Source: Planctomycetota bacterium
Lineage (GTDB): Bacteria > Planctomycetota > UBA1135 > GCA-002686595
Direction of reading: 5' to 3'
Assembly: GCA_020847695.1 (NCBI GenBank)
Contig: JADLBP010000205.1
Coordinates: 22,530 to 86,529 of the forward strand
Length of the DNA: 64,000 nt
Below the pieces are notes generated by a model. It saw only the letters and a program-made list of their open reading frames with translations, did not search any database and was not told the DNA's origin. The translations under genes and the position numbers were made by a program. The number at the start of each line of letters is the position of its first letter. The first letter of the stretch is position 1. Shown here in pieces: positions 8,038-16,726 of this stretch.

Positions 8038-10377
8038 ATGTCGAACATCGGACTCAACATCGGCCTCCAAGGCCTGCTCTCGTCGCAGGCGTCGTTGGAC
8101 ACGATCGGTCACAACATCACCAACGCGAACACGCCGGGCTACTCCAGGCAGTCGCTCGAGATCGGCACCGCGACGACGGTGCGCGTTCGCAACCTGCTGA
8201 TGGGCAACGGGGTGCAGGCGTCGGTCGTGCGTCGCACGGTCGATCAGCTCCTGAACGCGCGCCTGGTGGTCCAGCAATCGGGCGTTTCGCGCCTCGACGC
8301 GCGGCTGTCGGTGCTCGGCGAAGCGGAAGGCTTGCTCGGCAACACCAGCGAGAGCGGTCTCGGCAAGTCGATGCAGTCGTTCTTCACGGCGCTCTCGAAC
8401 CTCTCGGCGACGCCTGAAGACCCGGTGCTGCGCAGCGGCGCGGTGCAGAGCGCGTCGCAGCTCACTTCGCAGTTCAACCAGCTCGCGACCAACGTCGACG
8501 TGCTGCGCGACGACACGATCGAGCGCCTGCAGGCCCACGTCGACGCCGTCAACGAGCTCGCCGAGCAGATCTCCGGCCTCAACAAGCAGATCTCCGCGAC
8601 CGAGAGCTCCGGCGTGACGGCGAACGACCTGCGCGACCGTCGCGAGAACATGCTGCGCGAGCTCGCGAAGCTCGTCGACGCCAAGGCGATCGAAGACTCG
8701 CGCGGCGCGGTGCGCGTCCTGGTCGGCGGCAGCATGCTCGTCAGCCCGACCACCTTCAACCAGATGCAGCTCTCGGCTGACAGCGACGGGACGCTGGAGC
8801 TCGAGATCGAAGGTCAATCCGGCGTCGTGACGGTCACCAGCGGCGCGATCGGCGGCCTGCTGCAAGTCTACGAGGACACGCTGCCGCAGATCTCCGCGCA
8901 GCTCGACTCGATCGCGCACAACTGGATCCTCGAGCTCAACCGAGTGCACACGACCGGCCTCGGCGGCGACGGTCCGTTCAAGGCGTTGGTCGCGGCGAAC
9001 CCGTTCGAGGACGTCGACGGTGACGGCGCGGTCGACGACGAGCTGCTCGCGAACTCCGGCTTGCCCTTCGACGTCGTCGACGGCGAGCTCGTCGTCAACG
9101 TCACCAACACCGCGACCGGCGCCCTCGACAAGCACGTCGTCTCGATCGACGCGACGCGCGCGACGGTCGCGGACCTCGTCGCCGAGCTCAACACGATCGG
9201 GCACTTGACCGCGAACATCGACGGACAAGGGCGACTGCACGTGTTCGCCGAGCCCGGGTACGGCTTCGACTTCAGCTCGCGGCTCGACACCAACCCGGAC
9301 GCGGTCGGCAGCTTCGGCGGCGGACAAGCTTCGATCACGAGCGCGTCCAATGGACCTTTCGCGCTCGCCGACGGCGACACGCTGCAGCTCACCGGACCCG
9401 CGGGCTCGTTCACGGTCACGTTCGACGCCGCGGACTTCGCGCAGATCGGCGCGGCGACTTCCGAGGAGCTCGCCGCGGCGATCAACGCCGATCCGACCGC
9501 GCAGGCGAACGGTCTCGTCGCGTCGGTGGTCGGCGAGCGCTTGGTGCTGCAGACCGCGGGCAGCGGCGCGACCGAGAGTTTCTCGATCGACGGCGGCACC
9601 GCGCTCGCGTCGTTCGGTTGGAACGCGGCGACGACCGTCACCGGCCACGACAGCGCGGTGTCGGTGACGATCGGCGGCATCTACTCGGGCTCGAACAACG
9701 ACGCGTACCAGTTCGTTCCGAACATGGACGGCGTCATCGGCACGACCGCGGGCTTGAAGGTGCTCGTGTACGACCAAGCCGGCCAGCAGGTCGCGGCGCT
9801 CGACGTCGGTGCGGGCTACAACCCGGGCGACGAGCTCGAGATCCTGAACGGCGTCACGCTGAAGCTCGGCTACGGAACGCTCTCGGCGACCGACAACGAC
9901 ACGTTCCGCCTCGACGTCACCGCGGACTCGGACACGTCGGACATCCTGCCGGCGCTCGGGCTCAACGTGCTGTTCACCGGCGAGGACGCGCGGTCGATCG
10001 GCGTGCGCGCGGATCTCGAGGCGTCGCCAAGCCTGCTCGCGAGCTCGATCAGCGGTGCGCCGGGCGACGGCTCGAATCTGCTCGCGTTGATGGCGTTCGA
10101 CGAGAGCGAGATCTCGGGCCTGTCGAACGTCTCGTTCGCGGCGAGCTGGGCCGACATCGTCTCCAGCGTCGGCCTCGACATCGATTCGTCGCGCAGCGCC
10201 TACGACGCGGAGGAGTTCCTGATGCAGAGCCTCGACGCGCGACGCGACCAGGTCAGCGGCGTCAACGTCGACGAGGAGCTCGTCAACATGATGACCTCCG
10301 AGCAAGCCTACAACGCGGCCGCGCAGTTCATTCGCGTCAGCGCGGACCTCTCCGACGAACTGATGCGACTCCTCTGA
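8038..10377 (+). CDS. flgK: Hook-associated protein 1 FlgK
   Basis: 'MSNIGLNIGLQGLLSSQASLDTIGHNITNANTPGYSRQ' and C-terminal 'VNVDEELVNMMTSEQAYNAAAQFIRVSADLSDELMRLL'. 779 aa. Confidence 0.9.
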   Translation: MSNIGLNIGLQGLLSSQASLDTIGHNITNANTPGYSRQSLEIGTATTVRVRNLLMGNGVQASVVRRTVDQLLNARLVVQQSGVSRLDARLSVLGEAEGLLGNTSESGLGKSMQSFFTALSNLSATPEDPVLRSGAVQSASQLTSQFNQLATNVDVLRDDTIERLQAHVDAVNELAEQISGLNKQISATESSGVTANDLRDRRENMLRELAKLVDAKAIEDSRGAVRVLVGGSMLVSPTTFNQMQLSADSDGTLELEIEGQSGVVTVTSGAIGGLLQVYEDTLPQISAQLDSIAHNWILELNRVHTTGLGGDGPFKALVAANPFEDVDGDGAVDDELLANSGLPFDVVDGELVVNVTNTATGALDKHVVSIDATRATVADLVAELNTIGHLTANIDGQGRLHVFAEPGYGFDFSSRLDTNPDAVGSFGGGQASITSASNGPFALADGDTLQLTGPAGSFTVTFDAADFAQIGAATSEELAAAINADPTAQANGLVASVVGERLVLQTAGSGATESFSIDGGTALASFGWNAATTVTGHDSAVSVTIGGIYSGSNNDAYQFVPNMDGVIGTTAGLKVLVYDQAGQQVAALDVGAGYNPGDELEILNGVTLKLGYGTLSATDNDTFRLDVTADSDTSDILPALGLNVLFTGEDARSIGVRADLEASPSLLASSISGAPGDGSNLLALMAFDESEISGLSNVSFAASWADIVSSVGLDIDSSRSAYDAEEFLMQSLDARRDQVSGVNVDEELVNMMTSEQAYNAAAQFIRVSADLSDELMRLL

Positions 10378-10380
10378 GCC

Positions 10381-11814
10381 ATGTCGATCCGACCCACGCA
10401 ATCCTCGACGTTCGCGATGGTCCGATTGGGCCTGATGAACAACTTCTCCAAGCTCGCGTCGGCGCAGGAGCAAGTCGCGTCGGGCAAGCGCATCCTGCGC
10501 CCGTCCGACGATCCGGTCGGCGCGAGCCAAGCGCTCGGCTACCGCAACCGCCTGTCCGCGCACGAGCGCTTCCTCGCCGCGTCGGAGAACGGACGGACGC
10601 TGCTCGACACCGCGGCGAGCAACCTGCAGGACGCCGGCGGACTGCTGTCGGACGCGCGCGCGACGATGCTGCAGGCGATGAACGGCACGCAGACGCCGAA
10701 CGACCGACAGCTCTACGCGAACGAGCTCCGACTGATCCGCGATCGATTGCTCGCGATCGGCAATGCGAAGACCGGCGACCGCTACTTGTTCGGCGGAACG
10801 GCGACCGGCACCAAGCCGTTCGAGGTATCGAGCACCGGCTCGCGCGAGTCGGTCACGTACCTCGGCAACGACGAGGAACAGCAGCTCCTGGTCGGCTTCG
10901 GCGAGACGATCGGCGTCGGCGTGTCCGGCGGCAGCGTCTTCGATCGCCAGGAGCGCACCGGCACGAACTACGCGGGCCTGACCGGCGCCGCCCGCGGCGC
11001 GAGCGCCGACCAAGGCACCGGCTACGACTTCCTGGTCGTGCGCCACGACGCGACCAACGCGGCGTTCACCAACGGGATCGCGCTCGCCGGCGGCGGCAGC
11101 TCCGACACGATCGTCGGCACGCACACGCTGACGATCGACGCGGTCGCGGGCACGGCGACGCTCGACAACGGCGTCGCGATCGCGTTGCCGGGCGCCGGCG
11201 CGGCCAACCTCTCGGATTTCACCGTCACGAACGAGCACGGCGCGGTGGTGCACCTCGACATGACCGGGTGGGACGGCTCGTCGAGCACCGACACGCTGGT
11301 CGGCGACGGCTCGATCTCGATCGACGGCACCAACTGGACGGCGCTCGACTTCGCGAACACCGATCTCGAGCTCGTCGACTCGCAGACGGGCTCGGTGCTG
11401 CACGTCGACACCACCGGCATCCATCGCGCGGGCGACGAGCTCGTCGTGTTCGGCGGCGCCGTCAACCTCTTCGACGTGATGCAGGGCATCGTCGACGACC
11501 TCGAGAACGTGCACGGCCTCGATGCCGATCAACAGCTCGCGCGCCTCAACATGTGGCTCGACGAGCTCGACCGGCACAGCTCGAACGTGCTCGCCGCGAC
11601 CGGAGACCTCGGCTCGCGCAGCCAGCACCTGCAGGGCGTCGGCACGCGCCTCGAGGACGCGTCCGCCGAAGTGAAGGGCCTGCTCTCGCAAGTCGAGGAC
11701 GCGGACTTCAGCCAGGTCGTGCTCGAGATGTCGCGCGCGGAGCAAACGCTCCAACTGACGCAGGCGACCAGCGTGCGCCTGATCCAGAACACTCTGTTGA
11801 ACTACTTGGGATAG
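10381..11814 (+). CDS. flgL: Hook-associated protein 3 FlgL
   Basis: Flagellin-like N-terminus 'ASGKRILRPSDDPVGASQAL' and C-terminus 'DADFSQVVLEMSRAEQTLQLTQATSVRLIQNTLLNYL'. Follows flgK. Confidence 0.85.
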   Translation: MSIRPTQSSTFAMVRLGLMNNFSKLASAQEQVASGKRILRPSDDPVGASQALGYRNRLSAHERFLAASENGRTLLDTAASNLQDAGGLLSDARATMLQAMNGTQTPNDRQLYANELRLIRDRLLAIGNAKTGDRYLFGGTATGTKPFEVSSTGSRESVTYLGNDEEQQLLVGFGETIGVGVSGGSVFDRQERTGTNYAGLTGAARGASADQGTGYDFLVVRHDATNAAFTNGIALAGGGSSDTIVGTHTLTIDAVAGTATLDNGVAIALPGAGAANLSDFTVTNEHGAVVHLDMTGWDGSSSTDTLVGDGSISIDGTNWTALDFANTDLELVDSQTGSVLHVDTTGIHRAGDELVVFGGAVNLFDVMQGIVDDLENVHGLDADQQLARLNMWLDELDRHSSNVLAATGDLGSRSQHLQGVGTRLEDASAEVKGLLSQVEDADFSQVVLEMSRAEQTLQLTQATSVRLIQNTLLNYLG

Positions 11815-11818
11815 GACG

Positions 11819-12133
11819 ATGGCCAACGAACTCCCGATCCAGGGGCTCCCGAAGACCGGAGCGGTCCAACCGGGCGGCACGACGAACGCGAAGAGCGCGT
11901 CGAGCGACGGCGGCGTCGCGTTCCGCGCGCTGCTCGACGACCTCGAGGCGAAGGCGCGCGACCTGCAAGCGCAGTCCAAGGCGCTGGAAAAGCCCGAGGA
12001 CTTGGCGGGCGCGGTGCAAGGAGCCAAGGCTTCGCTGGACGACGCGCTCTCGATCCGCGATCGTCTGCTCGAGGCCTTCCGGGAGGCGCGGATGCAAGAG
12101 ACCGCGCCGCCGGAGCCCAAGCGCAAGATCTGA
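11819..12133 (+). CDS. Hypothetical 104-aa protein in the flgK-flgL operon
   Basis: High GC3. Begins 4 nt after flgL and ends 4 nt before the next gene. Disordered Gly/Ser/Thr-rich N-half, then helical 'FRALLDDLEAKARDLQAQSKALE'. No family motif recognised. Confidence 0.5.
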   Translation: MANELPIQGLPKTGAVQPGGTTNAKSASSDGGVAFRALLDDLEAKARDLQAQSKALEKPEDLAGAVQGAKASLDDALSIRDRLLEAFREARMQETAPPEPKRKI

Positions 12134-12137
12134 GGAC

Positions 12138-13223
12138 ATGAACACCCGCACCGGCACCACCGACCGACGCGCGTTGCGCCTGATGGAGCGCGTGCTCCGC
12201 GGCGGCGGCGAGCTCGCGGCGGAGTACCCGCTGGTGTTCGCGCCCGACGCGCCGGGTTCGCTGACGACGCTCGGCGCCGACGGCATCGTGCACTCGGCGT
12301 GCGCGACGCTGGTGCGCGACCTGGCGATCGGCTCCGAGCGTCTGCGCGTCGGCTTGATCGGTTCGGTCGCGACCGACCCGTCCGAGCGAGGCCGCGGACT
12401 CGCGACGCGGGTGCTGGAGCTCGCCGAACGCGAGCTCGCGCGCGACGGCGCCGTCATCGCGTTGCTGTGGGCCGACGACGCCGAGTTCTACCGTCGCCGC
12501 GGTTGGCGCGAGTTCGGTTGCGAGCTCGACTTCGCGTTCGACGCGGCCGCGGTCGCGCGCTTGCCGGTGCGAGGCACGATCCGCCGCGCCGCGCCGGACG
12601 ACCTCGGCGCCGTGCATCGGCTCTACCTCCGCCAGAAGAACCGCGTCGAGCGCACCGAGGCCGAGACCCGCGCGTTGCTCGCGGTGCCGGGCATGGAGAC
12701 GCTCGTGTTGCACGAGGATCGCGACGTGCGCGCCTACGCGTGCCTGGGTCGCGGCGCGGACTTCGCGAACACGATCCACGAGTGGTCCGGCGGACCGGAC
12801 GACGTGCTCGCGCTGGTGCGCGCGCACTTCGAGCGCCTCCAAGGCGCGAGCGCCGAGGTCTTCCTGCTCGCGCCCGGCGACGCGAACGAGCTCGCGAGCG
12901 AAGCCCGCGCGTGCGGCGCGCGCGACTGGCGCGGCGTGCTGGCGCTCGGCAAGGTCATCGATCCGGTCGCTGCCGCCGAGCGACTCTCCGACTGGACGCG
13001 CAACGAAGTGCGAGTCGACGTCGATTCGACGAGCGGCGGCGAGCCGCGGATCACGCTCGCGAGCGCCTCCGGTTCCGTCGCGTTGCGCCCGAACGACCTG
13101 CTCGAGCTACTCGCTCCCGCGCGTGGCGAATGCGCGCGCGTCGGCGAGCTCGAGCGCGCGCTCGACGTCTCCTTCGCGCGCCTGCCCTTGACGCCGTTCC
13201 TCTGGGGTCTCGACTCGATCTGA
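12138..13223 (+). CDS. GNAT-family N-acetyltransferase (Eis-like length with C-terminal extension)
   Basis: ATG at 12138. 'IGSVATDPSERGRGLATRVLELAERELARDGAVIALLWAD..FYRRRGW' carries the GNAT acetyl-CoA-binding R-G-x-G-x-A motif. 361 aa. Confidence 0.75.
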   Translation: MNTRTGTTDRRALRLMERVLRGGGELAAEYPLVFAPDAPGSLTTLGADGIVHSACATLVRDLAIGSERLRVGLIGSVATDPSERGRGLATRVLELAERELARDGAVIALLWADDAEFYRRRGWREFGCELDFAFDAAAVARLPVRGTIRRAAPDDLGAVHRLYLRQKNRVERTEAETRALLAVPGMETLVLHEDRDVRAYACLGRGADFANTIHEWSGGPDDVLALVRAHFERLQGASAEVFLLAPGDANELASEARACGARDWRGVLALGKVIDPVAAAERLSDWTRNEVRVDVDSTSGGEPRITLASASGSVALRPNDLLELLAPARGECARVGELERALDVSFARLPLTPFLWGLDSI

Positions 13224-13264
13224 GCGTGCGCCGCGAGCGCGTGCCGCTAGTCTAGCCGGCCGCC

Positions 13265-15358
13265 GTGGAGACCTCTTCGCCCAAGACGCGCTCGCTCGCC
13301 GCGTTGCTCGCGGTCGCGTGCCTGCTCGCCTTCGCGCAGGTCTTCGTCAACGGCTTCGTCGCGTACGACGACGATCTCTACGTCTACGCCAATCCGCAGG
13401 TGCTCGCCGGCTTGAGCGCCGACGGAGTGCGCTGGGCGTTCACCACGCAGCACGCCGCGAACTGGCATCCGCTGACGTGGCTCTCGCACATGCTCGACGT
13501 GCAGCTCTACGGCGTCTCGCCCGCGGGCCACCACGCGACCAGCCTGATCCTGCACGTGCTCGCGACGTGGATCTTGCTCGCGACGCTCGTGCGCGCGGGG
13601 CTCGCGCTCGGCGCGAGCGCGTTCGTCGCCGGCGTCTTCGCGCTGCACCCGACGCGCGTCGAATCGGTCGCGTGGGTCGCCGAGCGCAAGGACGTGCTCT
13701 GCGCGCTGTTCTGGTTCCTAGCGCTGTACGCCTGGGTCGGCTGGAGCCGGCGGCGCAGCGTCGGGTGGTACGCGCTCGCGCTCGGGTGCCAGGCGCTCGC
13801 GCTGCTCTCGAAGCCGATGGCGGTGACGCTGCCGCTGACGCTGCTGCTGTTCGACGTGTGGCCGCTCGGTCGCGCGCGCGAACGCGGTTGGGCCGCCTTG
13901 GTCGTCGAGAAGCTGCCGTTCTTCGCACTGGTCGGGCTGGCGAGCTTCATGACGCTCGACGCGCAACGCGCCGGCGGTGCGGTCAGCGGGCTCGACGTCA
14001 TCCCGCTCGCCGGACGCCTGTCGAATGCGTTCGCGAGCTTCGCGATCTACCTCGGACGCTTCGCGTGGCCGTTCGATCTCGCGGTGCTGTATCCGCTGCC
14101 GCACGGTGGTCGCGAGCCGTTCGAGATCGTCGTCGGCGTAGCGGTGTTCTCGGCGTGCGCGCTCGGTGCGTGGTACTTCCGCGCGCGCCGTCCGGCGATC
14201 ACGATCGGCGTCGTGTGGTTCGCAATCACGCTGGTGCCGGTGATCGGGCTCGTGCAGGTCGGGTTGCAAGCGAATGCGGACCGCTACACCTACGTGCCGT
14301 ACGTCGGGGTCGCGTTGGCGGTCGTCGGGGCGCTCGAGGGCGCGCTTGTGGCCGGGGCGCGGCGCGCGCGGCTCGTGCACGTCGCGTGGACGCTCGTGTG
14401 CGTCGTGTGGGCCGGCCTCTGCTTCGTGCAGACCGCGACGTGGCGCGACTCGACGACGCTCTTCCGCCGCGCGCTCGCGGTGACCGAGGACAATTTCATC
14501 GCGCACCTCAACTACGGGCTCGCGCTGCTCCAGGCGGGCGGGACGCCGGAGGCGATCGCGGAGTTCGAGGCGAGCGTGCGCATCCGTCCCGACTACTACC
14601 TCGCGCAGTCGGCGCTCGCGTCGGCGTACTTCGAGGCCGGGCGCTTCGCCGACGCCGAGCGCACGTATCGCGCGTGGCTCGCCGCGCACGGCGACGACGC
14701 GGCGATGCTCGCGAACCTCGCGACCGTCGAGATGCAGCTCGGCGACTTCGCGGCGGCGCGGCGGACCGCGGAGCGGGCTTCTGAGCTCGACACCGAACGC
14801 CGCACGGCCGCAGTCGCGCGCGCCATCGACCTCGCTCTGCTCGCCGGCGACTACGCGGGCGCCGCGCAGGCGCTCGAGCGCGAGCTCGCGGCCGCGCCGG
14901 GCGATCCCGCGGTCTCCTTGCGGCTCGCGGGGGCGCGCAAGCTCGCGCTCGACCCCGGGTGCGCCGACGCGGATTGTTCGGCGCTGCGCGCGGACCTCGC
15001 CGCGCTCGAGCGCGAGGTCGCCGGCGCGCTCGCGACGCTCGAACGCGGTGCCGCGGCGCTCGAGCACGCGCGCCACGCGACCGAGCTCACGCCCGCCGAC
15101 GCCGACGCGCACGCCGACCTCGGCGTCCACGCGGTCCGCGCGAACGACCTGGCCGTGGCCGAGAGCGCGTTCGAGCGCGCGGTCGAGCTCGCTCCCGCGC
15201 GGGCGGAGCTCCACAACAACCTCGGCTTCGTCCGCTATCGGCGCGGCGAGCTCGAGTCGGCGCGCGACGCGTTCCGCGAAGCGCTGCGGCTCGCGCCCGG
15301 CTACGGCGAGGCGCGCAAGAACCTGGACGCGGTCGAGCAAGAGCTCGCGCGCCGCTGA
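13265..15358 (+). CDS. Multi-pass membrane protein with TMTC/PMT-like (GT-C type) N-domain and C-terminal TPR repeats
   Basis: 'FVAYDDDLYVYANP', 'ANWHPLTWLSHMLD', 'HHATSLILHVL' and 'FALHPTRVESVAWVAERKDVL' resemble the DUF1736/TMTC signature. Many hydrophobic segments, then several TPR-like repeats ('AIAEFEASVRIRPDYYLAQ...'). Confidence 0.8.
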   Translation: METSSPKTRSLAALLAVACLLAFAQVFVNGFVAYDDDLYVYANPQVLAGLSADGVRWAFTTQHAANWHPLTWLSHMLDVQLYGVSPAGHHATSLILHVLATWILLATLVRAGLALGASAFVAGVFALHPTRVESVAWVAERKDVLCALFWFLALYAWVGWSRRRSVGWYALALGCQALALLSKPMAVTLPLTLLLFDVWPLGRARERGWAALVVEKLPFFALVGLASFMTLDAQRAGGAVSGLDVIPLAGRLSNAFASFAIYLGRFAWPFDLAVLYPLPHGGREPFEIVVGVAVFSACALGAWYFRARRPAITIGVVWFAITLVPVIGLVQVGLQANADRYTYVPYVGVALAVVGALEGALVAGARRARLVHVAWTLVCVVWAGLCFVQTATWRDSTTLFRRALAVTEDNFIAHLNYGLALLQAGGTPEAIAEFEASVRIRPDYYLAQSALASAYFEAGRFADAERTYRAWLAAHGDDAAMLANLATVEMQLGDFAAARRTAERASELDTERRTAAVARAIDLALLAGDYAGAAQALERELAAAPGDPAVSLRLAGARKLALDPGCADADCSALRADLAALEREVAGALATLERGAAALEHARHATELTPADADAHADLGVHAVRANDLAVAESAFERAVELAPARAELHNNLGFVRYRRGELESARDAFREALRLAPGYGEARKNLDAVEQELARR

Positions 15359-15361
15359 AGC

Positions 15362-15964
15362 TCAGCCCTTGGCGTAGTTCTCGGGGAAGAGCCGGCGCTC
15401 GACCGCCTCGATCACGATGTGGAGCACCTTGATGTGCACCTCTTGGATGCGGTCGGAGCTCTCCGCGAGCGGCACGACGATCGGGATGTCGACCTCGCTC
15501 TTCAGCTTTCCGCCGCCCTTGCCCAACAAGCCGACCACGGTGATGCCGCGCCGCTTGGCGGCGGCGACCGCCTTCAGCACGTTGGGAGAATTCCCGCTGG
15601 TCGAGATCGCGACCAGCAGATCGCCGGGTTTGCCGAGCGCCTCGACCTGGCGCGCGAAGATCTCGTCGAAGCCGAAGTCGTTGGCGATGCACGTGATCTG
15701 GCTCGGATCGGCGAACGCGACCGCCGGCAGCGCCTTGCGATTGCCGCGGAAGCGCCCGGTCCACTCCTCCGCGAAGTGCATCGCGTCGCACATCGAGCCG
15801 CCGTTGCCGCACGACATCAGCAGGCCGCCCTTCGCGAGCGTCGCCGCGGCGGTATCGGCGAATCGTCGAACCGCCGGCAGTCCGTCCGGCGACTCCATGA
15901 AGGCCTGGAGCACGGCGGCTGCCTCGACGAACGAATGTTGAACCGGATCGGGGTGCTGGGTCAT
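15362..15964 (-). CDS. gmhA: Phosphoheptose (sedoheptulose-7-phosphate) isomerase, SIS domain
   Basis: 'CGNGGSMCDAMHFAEE' and 'DLLVAISTSGNSPNVLKAVAAAKRRG' are SIS/GmhA motifs. ATG at 15964, 200 aa. The rest of the 794-aa track ORF is a frame artefact. Confidence 0.85.
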   Translation of the reverse strand: MTQHPDPVQHSFVEAAAVLQAFMESPDGLPAVRRFADTAAATLAKGGLLMSCGNGGSMCDAMHFAEEWTGRFRGNRKALPAVAFADPSQITCIANDFGFDEIFARQVEALGKPGDLLVAISTSGNSPNVLKAVAAAKRRGITVVGLLGKGGGKLKSEVDIPIVVPLAESSDRIQEVHIKVLHIVIEAVERRLFPENYAKG

Positions 15965-16219
15965 GGCGGGGATTCTGGAGTGAGCGTCGTACCCGCACCA
16001 CTCCGCGCGGGGGTTCGAGGGCTTGCTCGACCGCTTTCCGACCTCGACCTGAGCTCGGACCCGCCCGTCGAAACACCCCGTCCTGGTTCCGCACTCTCCC
16101 GATTGGGCTAGAACTGCGTGAAACGGGCGGCCACAAAGCTCTTTTCTGTAGTGACTTACGTTGGGCCGCTTGATCTGCGCACACTTCCCCAGCGCAATGA
16201 GGTGCAGCTCGGCGGTTAA

Positions 16220-16648
16220 GTGCGTCGACGACGTTTCAGCACTGGAACACCCCGCAGCCGCTTCCCGGCCGCCCAACCGCTTCCCCGAAAGCTCGATCCC
16301 GTGAACCGACTTGGAACCCGACTCAAATCCCTGCGTGGCGCCCGCTCCCTGGTCGCCTTCGCGAAAGCCTTGGGCCTCTCTTACACGTTCGTGCGCGAAA
16401 TGGAGCGCGGCAACCGCCTCCCGTCCGACGACGTGATCGTGCAGCTCGCCGAGCGCCTCGGCGTCGACGCGGGCGAGCTCGCCCTGCTGACCTACTGCGA
16501 TCGTTCGCAGATGCTGGCCGAGCACCTGAGGGCGATCGGCGTCGATACGCACCTCCCCGAGTTGACGTCGGTGCCGGCGGCAGCTCTCCCGACTCGGTCC
16601 GCCGCGCCGGTCAGCGCGTCGCTCGGCAGCGCGACGACCACCGGTTGA
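16220..16648 (+). CDS. XRE/Cro-type helix-turn-helix transcriptional regulator
   Basis: 'RLKSLRGARSLVAFAKALGLSYTFVREMERGNRLPS' is an HTH_3-like motif. The start is uncertain (GTG 16220 or GTG 16301). Confidence 0.6.
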   Translation: MRRRRFSTGTPRSRFPAAQPLPRKLDPVNRLGTRLKSLRGARSLVAFAKALGLSYTFVREMERGNRLPSDDVIVQLAERLGVDAGELALLTYCDRSQMLAEHLRAIGVDTHLPELTSVPAAALPTRSAAPVSASLGSATTTG

Positions 16649-16726
16649 CGCAGCGAATCGCGGACGCGGCTTGCCGAACCCGGTGAGTGCGCGGAACCTC
16701 TGGGCCGGCCCCGGAGACACCTCGCG

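Noticed and set aside
7963-12126. 1387-aa minus-strand ORF antisense to flgK and flgL
   Set aside because: Low-complexity Arg/Ala/Val/Glu-rich translation that is antisense to well-supported genes. No start context or domain signature.
9618-12137. N-terminal 840 codons of the 1201-aa ORF 9618-13223
   Set aside because: Only the last 361 codons (from ATG 12138) form a coherent GNAT protein. The upstream part is an Arg-rich alternative frame of flgK/flgL.
16012-16020. GGTTCGAGG, reminiscent of a tRNA T-loop, in the gmhA / HTH intergenic region
   Set aside because: The flanking sequence cannot form a 5-bp T-stem, acceptor stem or anticodon arm. It is an isolated chance match.
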